Source: Vulcanimicrobiota bacterium
GTDB lineage: Bacteria > Vulcanimicrobiota > Vulcanimicrobiia > Vulcanimicrobiales > Vulcanimicrobiaceae
Length of the DNA: 64,000 nt
Reading direction: 5' to 3'
NCBI GenBank assembly: GCA_963833095.1
Contig: CAWHWQ010000001.1
Location: 384,001-448,000, forward strand
Every line of letters begins with the position of its first letter. Within the stretch, counting starts at the first letter, position 1. Below, piece by piece: positions 28,476 to 39,397 of the stretch. Below the pieces are notes generated by a model. That model searched no databases. It was not told where the DNA came from and worked only from the letters and a program-made list of their open reading frames with translations. The translations under genes and the position numbers were made by a program.

Positions 28476-29530
28476 TTTGCAATATCCCCTTTGACGTCGA
28501 GTACGATCTTCGCCGCTTCGCCGTTGCGCATCAGCTCAAAGGCTCGATCGAAGTCGCGCATCGGAAGCACGTGCGTGATGATCGGCCGAAGGTCGATGCG
28601 GCCGCTCTTGACGAGTGCCTGCGTCTGATACCACGTCTCGAACATTTTGCGTCCGTTGATGCCGAGCACCGTGAGCCCCTTGAAGATGATCCGCTCGGCG
28701 AGATTGAGATTGACACTATCGCCCGGAATGCCGAGCAACGCCGCCGTCCCTCCGTTGCGTACCATTTGCAGGCCCAAATCGATCGCACTGCCGCTTCCGG
28801 ACATTTCGAGCAGCACCTCAACACCGTCGCCGCTCGTGCGGCGCTTGATCTCGTTCACTAATCCCGATGCGCGCGAATCAAAGGTCTCGTCGGCGCCGAG
28901 GCGCTTAGCCAGTTCGAGCTTGGCCGGATTGACGTCGATTGCATAAACCGACGACGCGCCCGCCGCGCGCGCGACCGGAATGGCCATCAAGCCGATAGAG
29001 CCAACGCCGGTTATGACCACACTTTTGCCGCTCACGCCTGCCGCCATTACCGTGTGCACCGCGTTGCCGAGAGGATCGAACACCGCAGCAAACTCATCGG
29101 GAATCGCCGGGTCGAGTTTCCACACATTGTATTCGGGCATCGCGATGAACTCAGCAAACGCGCCGTCACAATCGACGCCGATGATTTTGACGTTTTCGCA
29201 GATATGGGCTTGACCGGTACGGCAGAGCACGCAAGTGAGATCGGCGATATGACCTTCTGCCGAGACGCGATCGCCTACGTTCACCGCGCGTACTGCGTCG
29301 CCAACCGCTTCGACTGTGCCCATGAATTCATGGCCAATCACTACGGGCGGACGAATCCGCGCCTGCGCCCAGTGATCCCACGAGTAGATATGGTGATCGG
29401 TGCCGCAGACACCCGCCTTCTCGACCCGGATCAGGACGTCGGTCGGACCGATCGAGGGAATGGGGACGGCGTGGAGTGTGAAACCGGGCTCAGGGCGGAG
29501 TTTCGAGAGAGCCTTCATCGTCGCTGCCAT
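28472..29530 (-). CDS. tdh: L-threonine 3-dehydrogenase
   Basis: CGTDHH, GHEF, FDPLGNAVH, GINGRKMFETW. Confidence 0.94.
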   Translation of the reverse strand: MAATMKALSKLRPEPGFTLHAVPIPSIGPTDVLIRVEKAGVCGTDHHIYSWDHWAQARIRPPVVIGHEFMGTVEAVGDAVRAVNVGDRVSAEGHIADLTCVLCRTGQAHICENVKIIGVDCDGAFAEFIAMPEYNVWKLDPAIPDEFAAVFDPLGNAVHTVMAAGVSGKSVVITGVGSIGLMAIPVARAAGASSVYAIDVNPAKLELAKRLGADETFDSRASGLVNEIKRRTSGDGVEVLLEMSGSGSAIDLGLQMVRNGGTAALLGIPGDSVNLNLAERIIFKGLTVLGINGRKMFETWYQTQALVKSGRIDLRPIITHVLPMRDFDRAFELMRNGEAAKIVLDVKGDIAK

Positions 29531-29555
29531 GTCGGCCGAACTAATTGTACGGAAA

Positions 29556-29584
29556 CGGGGCCCGCGCCTGGCGCGAGCCCCGTC
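29556..29584 (-). terminator. hairpin/terminator after porin gene
   Basis: ACGGGGC-CGCGCC loop GGCGCG-GCCCCGT, followed by TT on the minus strand. Confidence 0.55.
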
Positions 29585-29608
29585 TTGCTGGTCTAACCCG
29601 ACGTACGA

Positions 29609-31252
29609 CTAAAAGTCGTATTCGAGCTGGTACCGTCCGTACTTGAACAGACCGGCGATTGCATCTCCCGGTGCCGGGAAGTTCGTCGCCGAGCGACTGA
29701 ACTCGCGGACGCGCAACGAGAGGCCCTTGTAAAGACCCGTCTTCGGCACCTTCATGAAGAAGTATTGCGTGTCGAAGTCCGTAGCGTTGGTCGACGTAGC
29801 GTAGCCCGAGTTTGAGAAGTCGTACCACGTTTGGCCGACCTGCACCCAGAACTGCTTGTTGTCCGAGGTGAACGTCGCCTGGATCTTCACGGCGCTACCA
29901 CCGCCACGACGGTCGATGAGACCGGTCGTACCGGAGGCCACGTAGGTCGGATCGGTTACGTACCCGTCGGTGTACGGGCTGGCCCAGCCGCCGTAGTAGA
30001 CGTTGGCGACGCCTGCCGTGGCGGTCGGCGAACACTGCGCGGAACCACCGGTCGGCAAGAAGTAGGGCATGTTGTAGTTGTACGCTTTCGCCGACGCGAG
30101 CTGATGCGTGTTGGCGTTACACGTAATGCCCGTCGGCAGCGTGACCGTATCGGTCTTCCACGGAATCGAATCGAACGAACCGGTTAGGAGCACGTTGGGC
30201 ATCGGATTGAAGCCAACTTGCATACCGAAGATCGTTGAGTCGATCTTTCCGAGAATGTCGCCTGACGGCGCACTTTCCGAACCCGTTTGTAACGCCACAT
30301 ACGGCTTGAGTTTGCTCGTGCCCAGCGGCATCTTCGCGTCGAGCCACCAGGCGCTAGCGATGTTCTCGAAGTCGTAGTAGTAGAGGTTGGCGCTGAGCGG
30401 AAGATCCTTGGGCCCAGCGTACCCGAGGCGTGCGTAGAACGTGCCCGAGGTCTTGGGCGTTGTCTGCGTCGGGTCGTAGTACAGGCTCGAGTAAGCCGTG
30501 GATCCCGAGTAGGTGTAGCCGCCCGGCGCGAGCGCCGTTAGCAGCGTGCCTTGGTCGAAATTGGAGCACGTACGGCACTCCCATTGCCACCAGTCAGCGG
30601 CTTCGACCGTCCAGTTGGGATTGATCTTATAGGAGAGATCGGCGCCTTGATAAGCGACCGGCTTGAGGCGTGAATCCGAGATCGGCATCCACGGCGTTCC
30701 GTAGGCCAAATCGCCGCCTTGGAAGTTGAGCCCATTGCCGTTGTACTTGACGTATGCTTCGTAGAGCGTACTCATCTCGAATTGCGGCAGTGTGGTATCT
30801 GGATTGAGGCCCGGCGGAACGCTCTTCGTACCGCAAGGACCCGGCAGCGCGGAACTTGCCGTCGCCGGATTCGAGCAGTTGTTGAACGGATTCGCATAAA
30901 GATACGAACCGCCGACGCTAAAGCCCGAACCTAGAAATTTATAGGCAGCCGAAAGGCTAATGGCTTGGTTTTCCGACGACTGATTGGCTTTGCTTCCCGG
31001 TCCCGGGCCGCCGTAGGCACTGTACGCGTTTTGACGCGTGAAGTCGTAGACGCGGATGTAACCGTGATAGGTGAATGGATTTGGCGTGGGCTTCGGTGTA
31101 GGCGCTGCCTGTGCCACCGTCGGTAACGTATTGTACACTGGTGTTGCCGTTGTTTCCGCCAGTGATAAAGACGTTGCCGCCAAAACCATCACCGCTGCGG
31201 TCAGACCGACGCGCGCGAGTTTGGTTAACACGTAAGAAGTACTCCCTATCAA
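29609..31252 (-). CDS. putative outer-membrane beta-barrel porin
   Basis: Signal peptide, Y/T/S/G-rich amphipathic strands, C-terminal YQLEYDF. Confidence 0.72.
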   Translation of the reverse strand: MIGSTSYVLTKLARVGLTAAVMVLAATSLSLAETTATPVYNTLPTVAQAAPTPKPTPNPFTYHGYIRVYDFTRQNAYSAYGGPGPGSKANQSSENQAISLSAAYKFLGSGFSVGGSYLYANPFNNCSNPATASSALPGPCGTKSVPPGLNPDTTLPQFEMSTLYEAYVKYNGNGLNFQGGDLAYGTPWMPISDSRLKPVAYQGADLSYKINPNWTVEAADWWQWECRTCSNFDQGTLLTALAPGGYTYSGSTAYSSLYYDPTQTTPKTSGTFYARLGYAGPKDLPLSANLYYYDFENIASAWWLDAKMPLGTSKLKPYVALQTGSESAPSGDILGKIDSTIFGMQVGFNPMPNVLLTGSFDSIPWKTDTVTLPTGITCNANTHQLASAKAYNYNMPYFLPTGGSAQCSPTATAGVANVYYGGWASPYTDGYVTDPTYVASGTTGLIDRRGGGSAVKIQATFTSDNKQFWVQVGQTWYDFSNSGYATSTNATDFDTQYFFMKVPKTGLYKGLSLRVREFSRSATNFPAPGDAIAGLFKYGRYQLEYDF

Positions 31253-31294
31253 AAGAGTTGGTATGGGGGTAACGGCCCCATGCTACCTGGGCAA

Positions 31295-31324
31295 AATTAA
31301 GGCTCATTTAACGTCGCCTTAAGC
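31295..31324 (-). promoter_or_regulatory. putative Pho box upstream of porin
   Basis: TTAA at 31297, 31308, 31319 (11-bp period). Confidence 0.65.
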
Positions 31325-31503
31325 AACCGAGGGGCCTCAAGCTATGTATCGGCTAAAGCCCCGGGCGCAAACCCCTTAGGTCGGGAGGATAGGCCCGGGA
31401 ATCGCGTGCGGGCTTTCGTTCGGTCTTGGAAACGGTTTCCGACGGGTACGACGGAGTACACGAGGAAAGCGGTGACAACGACCGGGCGAAAGGGCGCCGC
31501 GAT

Positions 31504-32319
31504 TTAGCCGTAGCGGCCGGTGATGTAGTCTTCGGTGCGTTTATCGCGGGGCTTGGTGAAGATCGTCGAGGTGGTTTCGTTCTCGATGAGCTCGCCCATG
31601 AGGAAGAAGGCGGTATAGTCGCTGATGCGGGCGGCCTGCTGCATCGAGTGGGTGACGATGACGACCGTATATTCCTTCTTGAGCTCGTCGATGAGGTCTT
31701 CGATCTTGCTGGTCGCGATCGGATCGAGCGCCGAGGCCGGCTCGTCCATCAGAATCACTTCCGGATCGACCGCGAGACAGCGCGCGATGCACAGGCGCTG
31801 CTGCTGGCCGCCGGAGAGGTCGAGCGCGGAGCGGTCGAGCCGATCTTTGACCTCGTCCCAGAGCGCGGCGCCTGCGAAGACTGCGCTCGCAGATCTCCAT
31901 GCAGCGCCTTGCGATTGCGCTCGCCGTGAATGCTGGGTCCGTAGACGACGTTTTCGAAGATCGTCTTCGGAAACGGATTGGGACGCTGAAAGACCATGCC
32001 GATGCGATGGCGGATCGTGACGGGATCGATGTTGCTGCGCGTAGATATTCGTCGCCGTCGAGCAGCACGTTGCCGTCGACGCGTGCGCCGGGCGTGAGAT
32101 CGTGCATCCGGTTGAGCGCGCGAATGAACGTCGATTTGCCGCAACCCGACGGGCCGATCAGCGCCATGACGCAGTGCTCCGGAACGCTCAGATTCGCGTT
32201 TTTGATCGCGTGAAAGGTGCCGTAGTAGATGTCGAGATCACGCGCTTCAGCTTCGTAGAAGCCGGCGCACTGGTCAAGTCCGGGTTTGAGGCGATCATGC
32301 GCGTTGTAAAGTTGTCCAT
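31504..32319 (-). CDS. pstB: phosphate ABC transporter ATPase (frameshifted in this sequence)
   Basis: [49 protein letters not shown] split across frames. Confidence 0.9.
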
Positions 32320-32400
32320 ATTGGGAGAGCGGGTACGAGCGAATTGAGCCGACACTGTAGCAGCTCCTACGTCATCGCTGGAATGTTACTGAAATAGCCG

Positions 32401-32429
32401 ACTTAAGTGGTGATTAAGGGACATTAAGA
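32401..32429 (-). promoter_or_regulatory. putative Pho box upstream of pstB
   Basis: TTAA at 32403, 32414, 32424; reads CTTAA x3 on the minus strand. Confidence 0.65.
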
Positions 32430-32666
32430 TAAACGCCCTCGGCGAATGAGGCCGCGGGCGTAACTTCGGGAAAAACGTCTACGTACCACTCGCGAACGTC
32501 CTGCAGCGTCAAAGCGCGACAGTACTCGTCGAGAAACGCCAGGATCTGCCGGCGCATCGTGCGCTCCTCAGACTCGGGTCACTTTGAACGCGACATCATG
32601 GTCACGGTAGGCGCACGCAGATTAGGCCGGGCTTATCGCCTGTTTAAATGGAGCTGCTTCGTGCAG

Positions 32667-33841
32667 CTATACTCGAGGGCGACGCGCATGATCGGCATGC
32701 GGATCGTAAACAGTCGTGCCGCGTCCCAACGTCGATTCCGCCGAAATCGTCCCGCCGTGCGCGTCGATGATGCCCTTGACGATCGCGAGGCCCAGACCGG
32801 CGCCGCCGCTTTCGCGCGTTCGCGACCGATCGACCACGTAAAAGCGCTCGAAGATATGCGGCAAGTCGCGATACGGAATGCCCATCCCCGTGTCGCGTAC
32901 GCGCACGACCGCATCGCTGCCGCGCGCGTCCAATTCGACCTTGACGCGACCGCCGCCCGAGGGCGTGTGACGAATCGCGTTGTCGATCAAGTTCACGAAG
33001 ACTTGGGACGAGACGATCTGGGTCGGCCTCGACCGAACCGGCCGCGAGCGTCAGCAGCTCGAGCTTGACGCCTTTGTTCGCGGCCTGCGGCTCGAACGAC
33101 GCGACGATCGGATGCGCAACTTCTTCGAGATCGATTTCGCGAAGATTCAGCTTGAGCTGTCCCGATTCGGCGCGCGCTTGTTCGAGCAGTTGCTGCACCA
33201 GCGCTGCTAAGCGGTCGACTTGCGCCAGCGCTTGCGGCAAGAAGAGATCGGCGGCTTCGTCGTCGGGCGACTCGATCACGGTCTCGAGCATCAGTTTGAT
33301 CGACGAAAGCGGCGTGCGCAGCTCGTGCGAGACGTTGGAAAGAAACTCTTTGCGCGCGCGATCCAGACGCACAAGATCGGTCTGATCTTCGGCAAACACC
33401 ACGACGCGCTCCCGATTCGCCTTCATCGCCGATCGGATAAACCGAAACGCCGTAGGTACGCCGCTCCGTCGCGCCGCGACGATGAACGGCGCGACCGAGG
33501 CCTCTCCCGCAGCGCTTCGTCGATTCGGCGTTCGAACTCGACGTTGGGAATCGCCTCGATGACGTGCGAGCCGATCGCGCGCTCCGCGTCGAAACCGAAG
33601 ATCGCCCCGGCAGCCGAATTGGCGAACTCGATCCGCGCACTGCGATCGACGAACACGACACCGATCGGCAAAGCGCGCGACCAGTCGCACGAATCGCGCC
33701 TCACTCTGCGCGTCGTTGATCACCGTCCGAGGCGTCGCTACGCTCGGGTTCACTGGCTGCCGCGCATGCGCGCGAAGCGCCCACGCCGAGAAGCGCTCCG
33801 GCCAAGAGCGCTGCCACGACGAGCAGACCGACCCAGATCAT
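32667..33841 (-). CDS. phoR: PhoR-like PAS histidine kinase (frameshifted)
   Basis: NVSHELRTPL, NLIDNAI, DTGMGI, GAGLGLAI across frames. Confidence 0.8.
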
Positions 33842-33855
33842 GGTTTGGGGAAGCT

Positions 33856-34560
33856 CTACGATCTTGAACATATAGCCGCGGCTGACGCACCGTGATGATG
33901 TGCCGCGGCGATACGTGAGTCTTCTTCGATCTTTTCGCGCAGCCAGCGAATGTGCACGCTGACCGTTTGCTGCTCGCCTTCGAAGTCGTAGCCCCACACC
34001 TTATCGAGAAGCGTTTGCCGGGTGACGACGCGGCCGTTGTTTTCCATCAAGACGCGCAACAACGCAAATTCTTTCGGCGCCAGCGCGACGTCTTTGCCGC
34101 GAACGATGAGTTGCTGGCGCGAAGGATCGAGCACAATCTCGCCGAGCGAGATCGCTTCGTCGTGCCCGACTTGGATCGGCGTTTGGCGGCGCAGCCGCGC
34201 TTTGACGCGCGCGAGAAACTCGTGCAGCGCAAACGGTTTGGTGACGTAGTCGTCGGCGCCGAGCTCCAGCGCCAGAACTTTGTCGATCTCTTGGTCCTTC
34301 GCGGTGAGCATGATGATCGGCACCGAGCTGAATTTGCGAATTTCTTTACACGCCTCGATGCCGTCGAGCACGGGAAGCATGATGTCGAGCACCACGAGAT
34401 CGGGCTGTTCGCGCTGCGCCATCGCGATCGGCGCTGCGGCCGTCGCTCGCGGTCACGACGGTATAGCCGCTGCGTTCCAGGTTGAAGCGCAGCGTCTGCA
34501 AGATTGCGGACTCGTCGTCGACGACCAGGATCTTCTTATTGAAGTCCGGGCTCTTGACAA
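33856..34560 (-). CDS. phoP: OmpR/PhoP family response regulator (frameshifted; start approximate)
   Basis: KILVVDDE, LDIMLP, GADDYVTKPF, winged helix VHIRWLREKIE. Confidence 0.8.
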
Positions 34561-35459
34561 ACGCCCCGCGCGTTTCATCTCCAGCGATCCGTTCATACGA
34601 TTTGGCGATCGCGCTGTAATCCAGCGCGCCGTCTCCTTCGCGGATTGGTCAGTGTACAGCTGGTAGGCAAGCTCCGTCAGCCGGCATCGAGAAATCGATC
34701 GCTCGAGCCGCGTCCAGTGCCGCCGCCAGATCTTTGCGCAGGAGATCGAGGCGAAACCGCCCTCGAACGTTCCGGCCAGCCACGTCTTGGGCAACCATTG
34801 CTCCAGAAGGTAGTTCGAACCCGTCGCCGTTGCAAGAACTTTTCGAACGTCGTCGAGATCGGCTCCGGCCCGCTTCCGCAAAGACTAAGCGCCTCAGCGT
34901 TGGCGATCATAACGTTGGAGATCATGATCTGATTGACGAGTTTTACCGTCTCGCCCATGCCGATGCCGCCGAGCGGTGCGGCGTGCCCATTGCCAGCAGG
35001 ATGGGCTCGACCGCGCAAAAATCGTCGGCTCGGCGCCGACCATGATCGTCAGCGTGCCGGTTGTGGCCCGCGCCGGGCCCCCGCTGACCGGCGCATCGAC
35101 GAAATCCACGCCCGCTTCCGCGAGACGTTTGGCGAACTTCTGCGACGCGATCGGCGAGATCGTCGACATGTCGATTGCAACGCTGCCCTTGGCCAGGCCC
35201 TTGGCGGCCCCGCGCTCGCCAAAGAGCACCTCTTCTACTTGCGGCGCATCGGGCACGCAGGTAATCACGACTCGCTGGCAGCCGCAACGGCCGCCGGATC
35301 GGCCGCCTCTTTGACCCCGTCGGCAACGAGCCGCTCGAGCGCGTCGCGGCGCTTATGGGCCGCAACGGTTACGGCAAATCCGGCACGCAGCAACGAGCGA
35401 ACCATCGGCTCACCCATCGCGCCGAGACCGAGAAATCCAAGGGGGAAACGCGCATCCAT
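34560..35459 (-). CDS. 3-hydroxyisobutyrate dehydrogenase-family NAD(P) oxidoreductase (frameshifted; end approximate)
   Basis: GFLGLGAMG, DMSTISP, DAPVSGG, VKLVNQ. Confidence 0.85.
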
Positions 35460-35512
35460 CACCGCCGCGTCGTTTTACAGGCACCCTCACGCTCCTGGCC
35501 GAAGCGGCTGCC

Positions 35513-36436
35513 ATGAGCATTGCAACCCCTGCCGTCAGGCGCCCGACGTTCGACCAATTGAACCTTTCCACGGGCAAACGCACGCGTCTACATCGCTTGA
35601 TGTACGAACACGGACCAGCCAACGGCACGCTGATGATTCTGCCGATCGACCAGGGCCTCGAGCACGGCCCGATCGATTTCTTCGACAACCCCGAATCGAT
35701 CGACACCGATTGGATCTACCGGCTTGCCGTCGAGGGGAATTTCTCCGGCATCGCGCTTCACATGGGCCTGGCGGAAAAATATCACAAACACTACGCCGGC
35801 CGCGTTCCGCTCGTGCTCAAAATCAACGGCAAAACGAATGTGCCTTCCGATGACGAAGCGTTCTCCTCGCTGACGTCATCGGTCGAAGATGCGGTGCGCC
35901 TCGGCGCGGACGCGGTCGGCTACACGCTGTTCGTCGGAAGCCCGTCGCAAGACGTGGACATCGCGCAGTGCAACGAAGTGCGTCGCGAATGCGAACGCTA
36001 CGGTATGCCGTTGATCATCTGGGCGTATCCGCGCGGATCAGCGATGAAAGCCAAAGGCGGGATCGATTCACTCTACGCCGTCGATTACGCCGCGCGCGTT
36101 GCATGCGAAATCGGCTGCGACATCGTCAAACTCAACGAACCGAAGTGGGACGCGGCCACCGCCGACAAACTGCCCAAGCCGTACAACACCTTGCAGTTCA
36201 CCGACGTCGAAGGCTTGCGCAAGGTCGTAAAATCAGCCGGGCGCACGCTCGTGCTGGTTTCGGGCGGCAGCAAGATGGGCGACGAGGACACGATCAAAAA
36301 AGCCCACGCCGCAATGGAAGCCGGCTGCGTCGGGCTGATCTTCGGCCGGAACATGTGGCAACGCAAATGGGACGCCGCCATCGCGATGAGCTCGAGCATG
36401 CACGACGTCCTCAACAACTACGGCCAAGAAGAATAG
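35513..36436 (+). CDS. class I (DhnA-type) fructose-bisphosphate aldolase
   Basis: LPIDQGLEHGP, WAYPRG, DIVK, SGG, FGRN. Confidence 0.9.
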   Translation: MSIATPAVRRPTFDQLNLSTGKRTRLHRLMYEHGPANGTLMILPIDQGLEHGPIDFFDNPESIDTDWIYRLAVEGNFSGIALHMGLAEKYHKHYAGRVPLVLKINGKTNVPSDDEAFSSLTSSVEDAVRLGADAVGYTLFVGSPSQDVDIAQCNEVRRECERYGMPLIIWAYPRGSAMKAKGGIDSLYAVDYAARVACEIGCDIVKLNEPKWDAATADKLPKPYNTLQFTDVEGLRKVVKSAGRTLVLVSGGSKMGDEDTIKKAHAAMEAGCVGLIFGRNMWQRKWDAAIAMSSSMHDVLNNYGQEE

Positions 36437-36440
36437 CTGA

Positions 36441-36562
36441 TTCGAGGTAGGCCTGCGACATTCGGCCGAACGCGTTAGCCGAAGCGGCGAGCGACCCTGA
36501 CCTTACGTGTCCGAGCCGCGAGGCGCTTAGTGAGGCCGAATGTCGCAGGCCGTGCCTCGAAA
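36441..36562 (+). repeat. structured repeat core (CCCTGAC...GAGGCGCTTAGTGAGGCCGAA) in an 18-bp closing stem
   Basis: Core shared with ~41388-41490 and, reverse-complemented, ~54995-55065. Confidence 0.8.
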
Positions 36563-36584
36563 ATCAGCTATTATTTACAGCAGA

Positions 36585-36842
36585 ATGATCGAATCTCAGG
36601 CGGGCATCGCGAGCGAAGAGTCTCTCGAGGAACGGGTCAACCGGGCCCTTGATAAGGTGCGCCCGTTGATTCAGGCCGACGGCGGCGAGGTGTGGCTGAT
36701 CCGCGTCGACGGCAGCACAGCGTATGTCCAGATGCTGGGCGCCTGTGGCGGATGCCCGGCGTCCAACATGACGCTCAAAGGCGCCATCGAGGCCGTCGTG
36801 ACGGCCGACGTCCCCGAAGTCACCGAAGTCCTGCAAGTATAA
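36585..36842 (+). CDS. NifU/NfuA C-terminal domain protein
   Basis: VRPLIQADGG, GACGGCP. Confidence 0.9.
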   Translation: MIESQAGIASEESLEERVNRALDKVRPLIQADGGEVWLIRVDGSTAYVQMLGACGGCPASNMTLKGAIEAVVTADVPEVTEVLQV

Positions 36843-36896
36843 TCCGGCGAGCGGCGTTCAGGCGAGCGGCTTTAAGCGAATCCTGAACGCCCGAGC

Positions 36897-37133
36897 CTAT
36901 GCGCAGTGGCTGCAGTAGTAGCTCACGGCCCCGTCATGCACTTGGGGCACCATGTGCTCGCGCGAACCGCGCCGTCCGCAATTTGCGCAGGCATATGTCG
37001 CGCCGATCGCCGGGACGGTGGCGGCCTCGTGCCGTTTGGCAAACCAGACGGCGAAGTAGATGGCGAGCCCGAGTACGAGCGGGGCCCACGCGAAGAAGTC
37101 GCGGAGTGCGTCTTGTGAAACGACTGGATTCAT
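36897..37133 (-). CDS. small TM plus zinc-ribbon protein
   Basis: One TM helix, CANC...CSHC. Confidence 0.65.
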   Translation of the reverse strand: MNPVVSQDALRDFFAWAPLVLGLAIYFAVWFAKRHEAATVPAIGATYACANCGRRGSREHMVPQVHDGAVSYYCSHCA

Positions 37134-37199
37134 AACGGATTCCCTTCATTCGCACGACCGCCGCAAGAGCCCTCGGAACCGGGACCGAAGCTCGTCGGA

Positions 37200-38033
37200 A
37201 TGAACACAGAGGGGTCGCTGCGCGACGGGCTCATTGCCCATCTCGAGCGCACCCGCGTGCTGCGCGACCCGCGCATCGCGGCAACCTTGCGCGCCGTAAG
37301 CCGGCAGCGCTTCATTCCCACGATGTCGCCTGAGGAAGCGTATGAAGATAAGGCGCTCGCGATCAAAGAGCGCGATGGCCTTGTCATCTCGTCGATCTCG
37401 CAGCCTTCGATGATCGTGCACATGCTCGAACTTCTCGACGTGCATTTGGGCGATCGCGTACTAGAAATTGGAACGGGAACCGGGTACAACGCGGCGTTGC
37501 TTGCGCAACTCGCCGGCGCGGCGAACGTCGTCAGCGTCGAGATCGAACGCGACTTGCTTCAAGCAGCGCGTACGGCGCTCGACGAGCAGGGCTGCCGGCT
37601 CGTCAGACTCGTTCACGCCGAGGAGCTTACGGGTGTGCATCAGCCGTTCGATCGCATCATCGTGACGGCGCGTTCGAACGACATCGATCCGAATTGGTGG
37701 CGGCTGCTCGGGCCAAACGGACGCATCGTGGTTCCGCTCGACATCGGCTACGGTGGCGAGCGCGCAATCGGATTCGTGCGCGAGGGCATGCGGCTCCGCA
37801 GCCTGGGATCGTACGCGTGCTCATTCGTGGAACTGCGCGGCGGGAACGTGGATCGCGATCCGGCGATGTTCTTTCGATCGCGCGGAGTGCGCTACGAACG
37901 CGAACCGGGCGCGAGTACACCGCTCGATGTGGTTGCGATCGAGCGGGTCAACGCCGATGCCTCACTGCTGGAGGGAGCAGACGCAGTGGTGGCCCGCCCT
38001 CACACGCTTTTCGCGGTTACGCGGACTTTTTGA
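37200..38033 (+). CDS. protein-L-isoaspartate O-methyltransferase family
   Basis: ISQPS, VLEIGTGTGYNAA, FDRIIVT. Confidence 0.87.
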   Translation: MNTEGSLRDGLIAHLERTRVLRDPRIAATLRAVSRQRFIPTMSPEEAYEDKALAIKERDGLVISSISQPSMIVHMLELLDVHLGDRVLEIGTGTGYNAALLAQLAGAANVVSVEIERDLLQAARTALDEQGCRLVRLVHAEELTGVHQPFDRIIVTARSNDIDPNWWRLLGPNGRIVVPLDIGYGGERAIGFVREGMRLRSLGSYACSFVELRGGNVDRDPAMFFRSRGVRYEREPGASTPLDVVAIERVNADASLLEGADAVVARPHTLFAVTRTF

Positions 38034-38265
38034 AATAGTCAGCGTTGATAGCGACGAAATTTTGCCATTTCTCGGGAATGTCGGAATCGGCGAAGATCGC
38101 TTCGACCGGGCACGCCGAAACACAGGCTCCGCAATCGATGCACACTTCAGGGTCGATGAAGAGTTGCTCGTCGTTCTCGCCCCCGTGAATACAGTCCACG
38201 GGGCAGACGTCAACGCACGATTTGTCCTTGGTTCCGATGCACGGCTCGGTGATGATATACGCCAT
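38017..38265 (-). CDS. ferredoxin (7Fe-type)
   Basis: CVDVCPVDCI, CIDCGACVSACP. Confidence 0.93.
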   Translation of the reverse strand: MAYIITEPCIGTKDKSCVDVCPVDCIHGGENDEQLFIDPEVCIDCGACVSACPVEAIFADSDIPEKWQNFVAINADYFKKSA

Positions 38266-38303
38266 AACACGCGATTATTGGCAACGCCTGGAGCCGACGC
38301 CTG

Positions 38304-38567
38304 CTATACGGTCGAGCGTCTCCCGGAGATCGCGCGAACGACCCAGAGCAGCACTACGGCGCCGATCAGCGCGCACACGAAGCTGCCGAGATTGAACCCG
38401 GTCACGCCCACATGGCCGAACAACTCGAAGATCCAGCCGCCAAGCACGGCTCCGACAATTCCGACAATTAAATCGCCGAGGATGCCGCCCGGGCCCTCGC
38501 CCGGAACGAACCAGCGTGCAACCGCGCCCACGATGATCCCGAAGAGAATCCATAACAGAATGCCCAT
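38304..38567 (-). CDS. GlsB/YeaQ/YmgE family membrane protein
   Basis: ILFGIIVGAVA...VGIVGAVLGG...ALIGAVVLL. Confidence 0.9.
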   Translation of the reverse strand: MGILLWILFGIIVGAVARWFVPGEGPGGILGDLIVGIVGAVLGGWIFELFGHVGVTGFNLGSFVCALIGAVVLLWVVRAISGRRSTV

Positions 38568-38642
38568 TGCTCCCTCACTCTCTTTTCCAAGGGTACCCTG
38601 TTGCCGCGTTACGAAACCCCCGGGAGCGCCGTTAGGAGCAAC

Positions 38643-39356
38643 ATGAACAGAACGCTCGCCCTGCTTACTCTTTTCCTGGTCTCGACCTCTGTCGCGGGCG
38701 CCGCGGCAACCGTTACGCATATCACGGTCAGTGGTGAAGGCACCGTCGCCGTGATGCCGGACGAGGCCACGATACGCGCGTCGATCGTCACGAATGCGGA
38801 TCGCGCCGATGACGCCGTTTCGCAGAACAATACCACCTACGCGCGCATCGTCGCGGCGACGCAGGCGCAGGGCGTCGCGCGCAATGACGTGACGCTCGCC
38901 GATTACAATCTCAATTTCAACCCGCGGCCGAATCCCATGCCCAGCGACGGCGGATTCGCAGCGTCGCAACGCTACGGATACATCGTGTCGCGCACCTTTG
39001 ATATCAAGGTACGTGCAATAGCGAAAGCCGGCGCCGTTGTCGACGCGATCACCAAAGCTGGGGTCACCAACGTCGAGGGCGTCTCGTTCGGCGCATCGGA
39101 TCCTTCACACGCGCGCGCGCAGGCCACGTCCAAAGCATTTGCCGACGCCCGCCTCAAGGCGGATGAGGTTGCGAAGGCCGCCGGTCTACATATCACCGGG
39201 ATAGGGCGGATCGAGTTCGGCGGCAGCGCGCCCGTGGTGCCGATGATGCGCATGGCCGCGATGTCGGCTGCAGCAGCACCCGCGCCGACCGTCTTGGACG
39301 CCGGAAATGTGAGCGTAAGCGCTAGCTTGACCGTTGTCTTTCTGGCAGCGCATTAA
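38643..39356 (+). CDS. SIMPL (DUF541) domain protein
   Basis: Signal peptide, ITVSGEG...PD, DARLKA. Confidence 0.88.
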   Translation: MNRTLALLTLFLVSTSVAGAAATVTHITVSGEGTVAVMPDEATIRASIVTNADRADDAVSQNNTTYARIVAATQAQGVARNDVTLADYNLNFNPRPNPMPSDGGFAASQRYGYIVSRTFDIKVRAIAKAGAVVDAITKAGVTNVEGVSFGASDPSHARAQATSKAFADARLKADEVAKAAGLHITGIGRIEFGGSAPVVPMMRMAAMSAAAAPAPTVLDAGNVSVSASLTVVFLAAH

Positions 39357-39397
39357 CGAAAGCGAAACCGTCGCCGCCGGGGAGAGTAGAGGAAGGC

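Noticed and set aside
32412..32600. Small minus-strand ORF (MRRQILAFLDEYC...) between phoR and pstB
   Set aside because: Lies in an error-rich patch and overlaps the putative Pho box; boundaries cannot be supported
31504..35460. Apparent pseudogenisation or programmed frameshifting of pstB, phoR, phoP and the oxidoreductase
   Set aside because: Dense single-base indels across unrelated adjacent genes with intact motifs are typical of unpolished long-read consensus; read-level checking is needed
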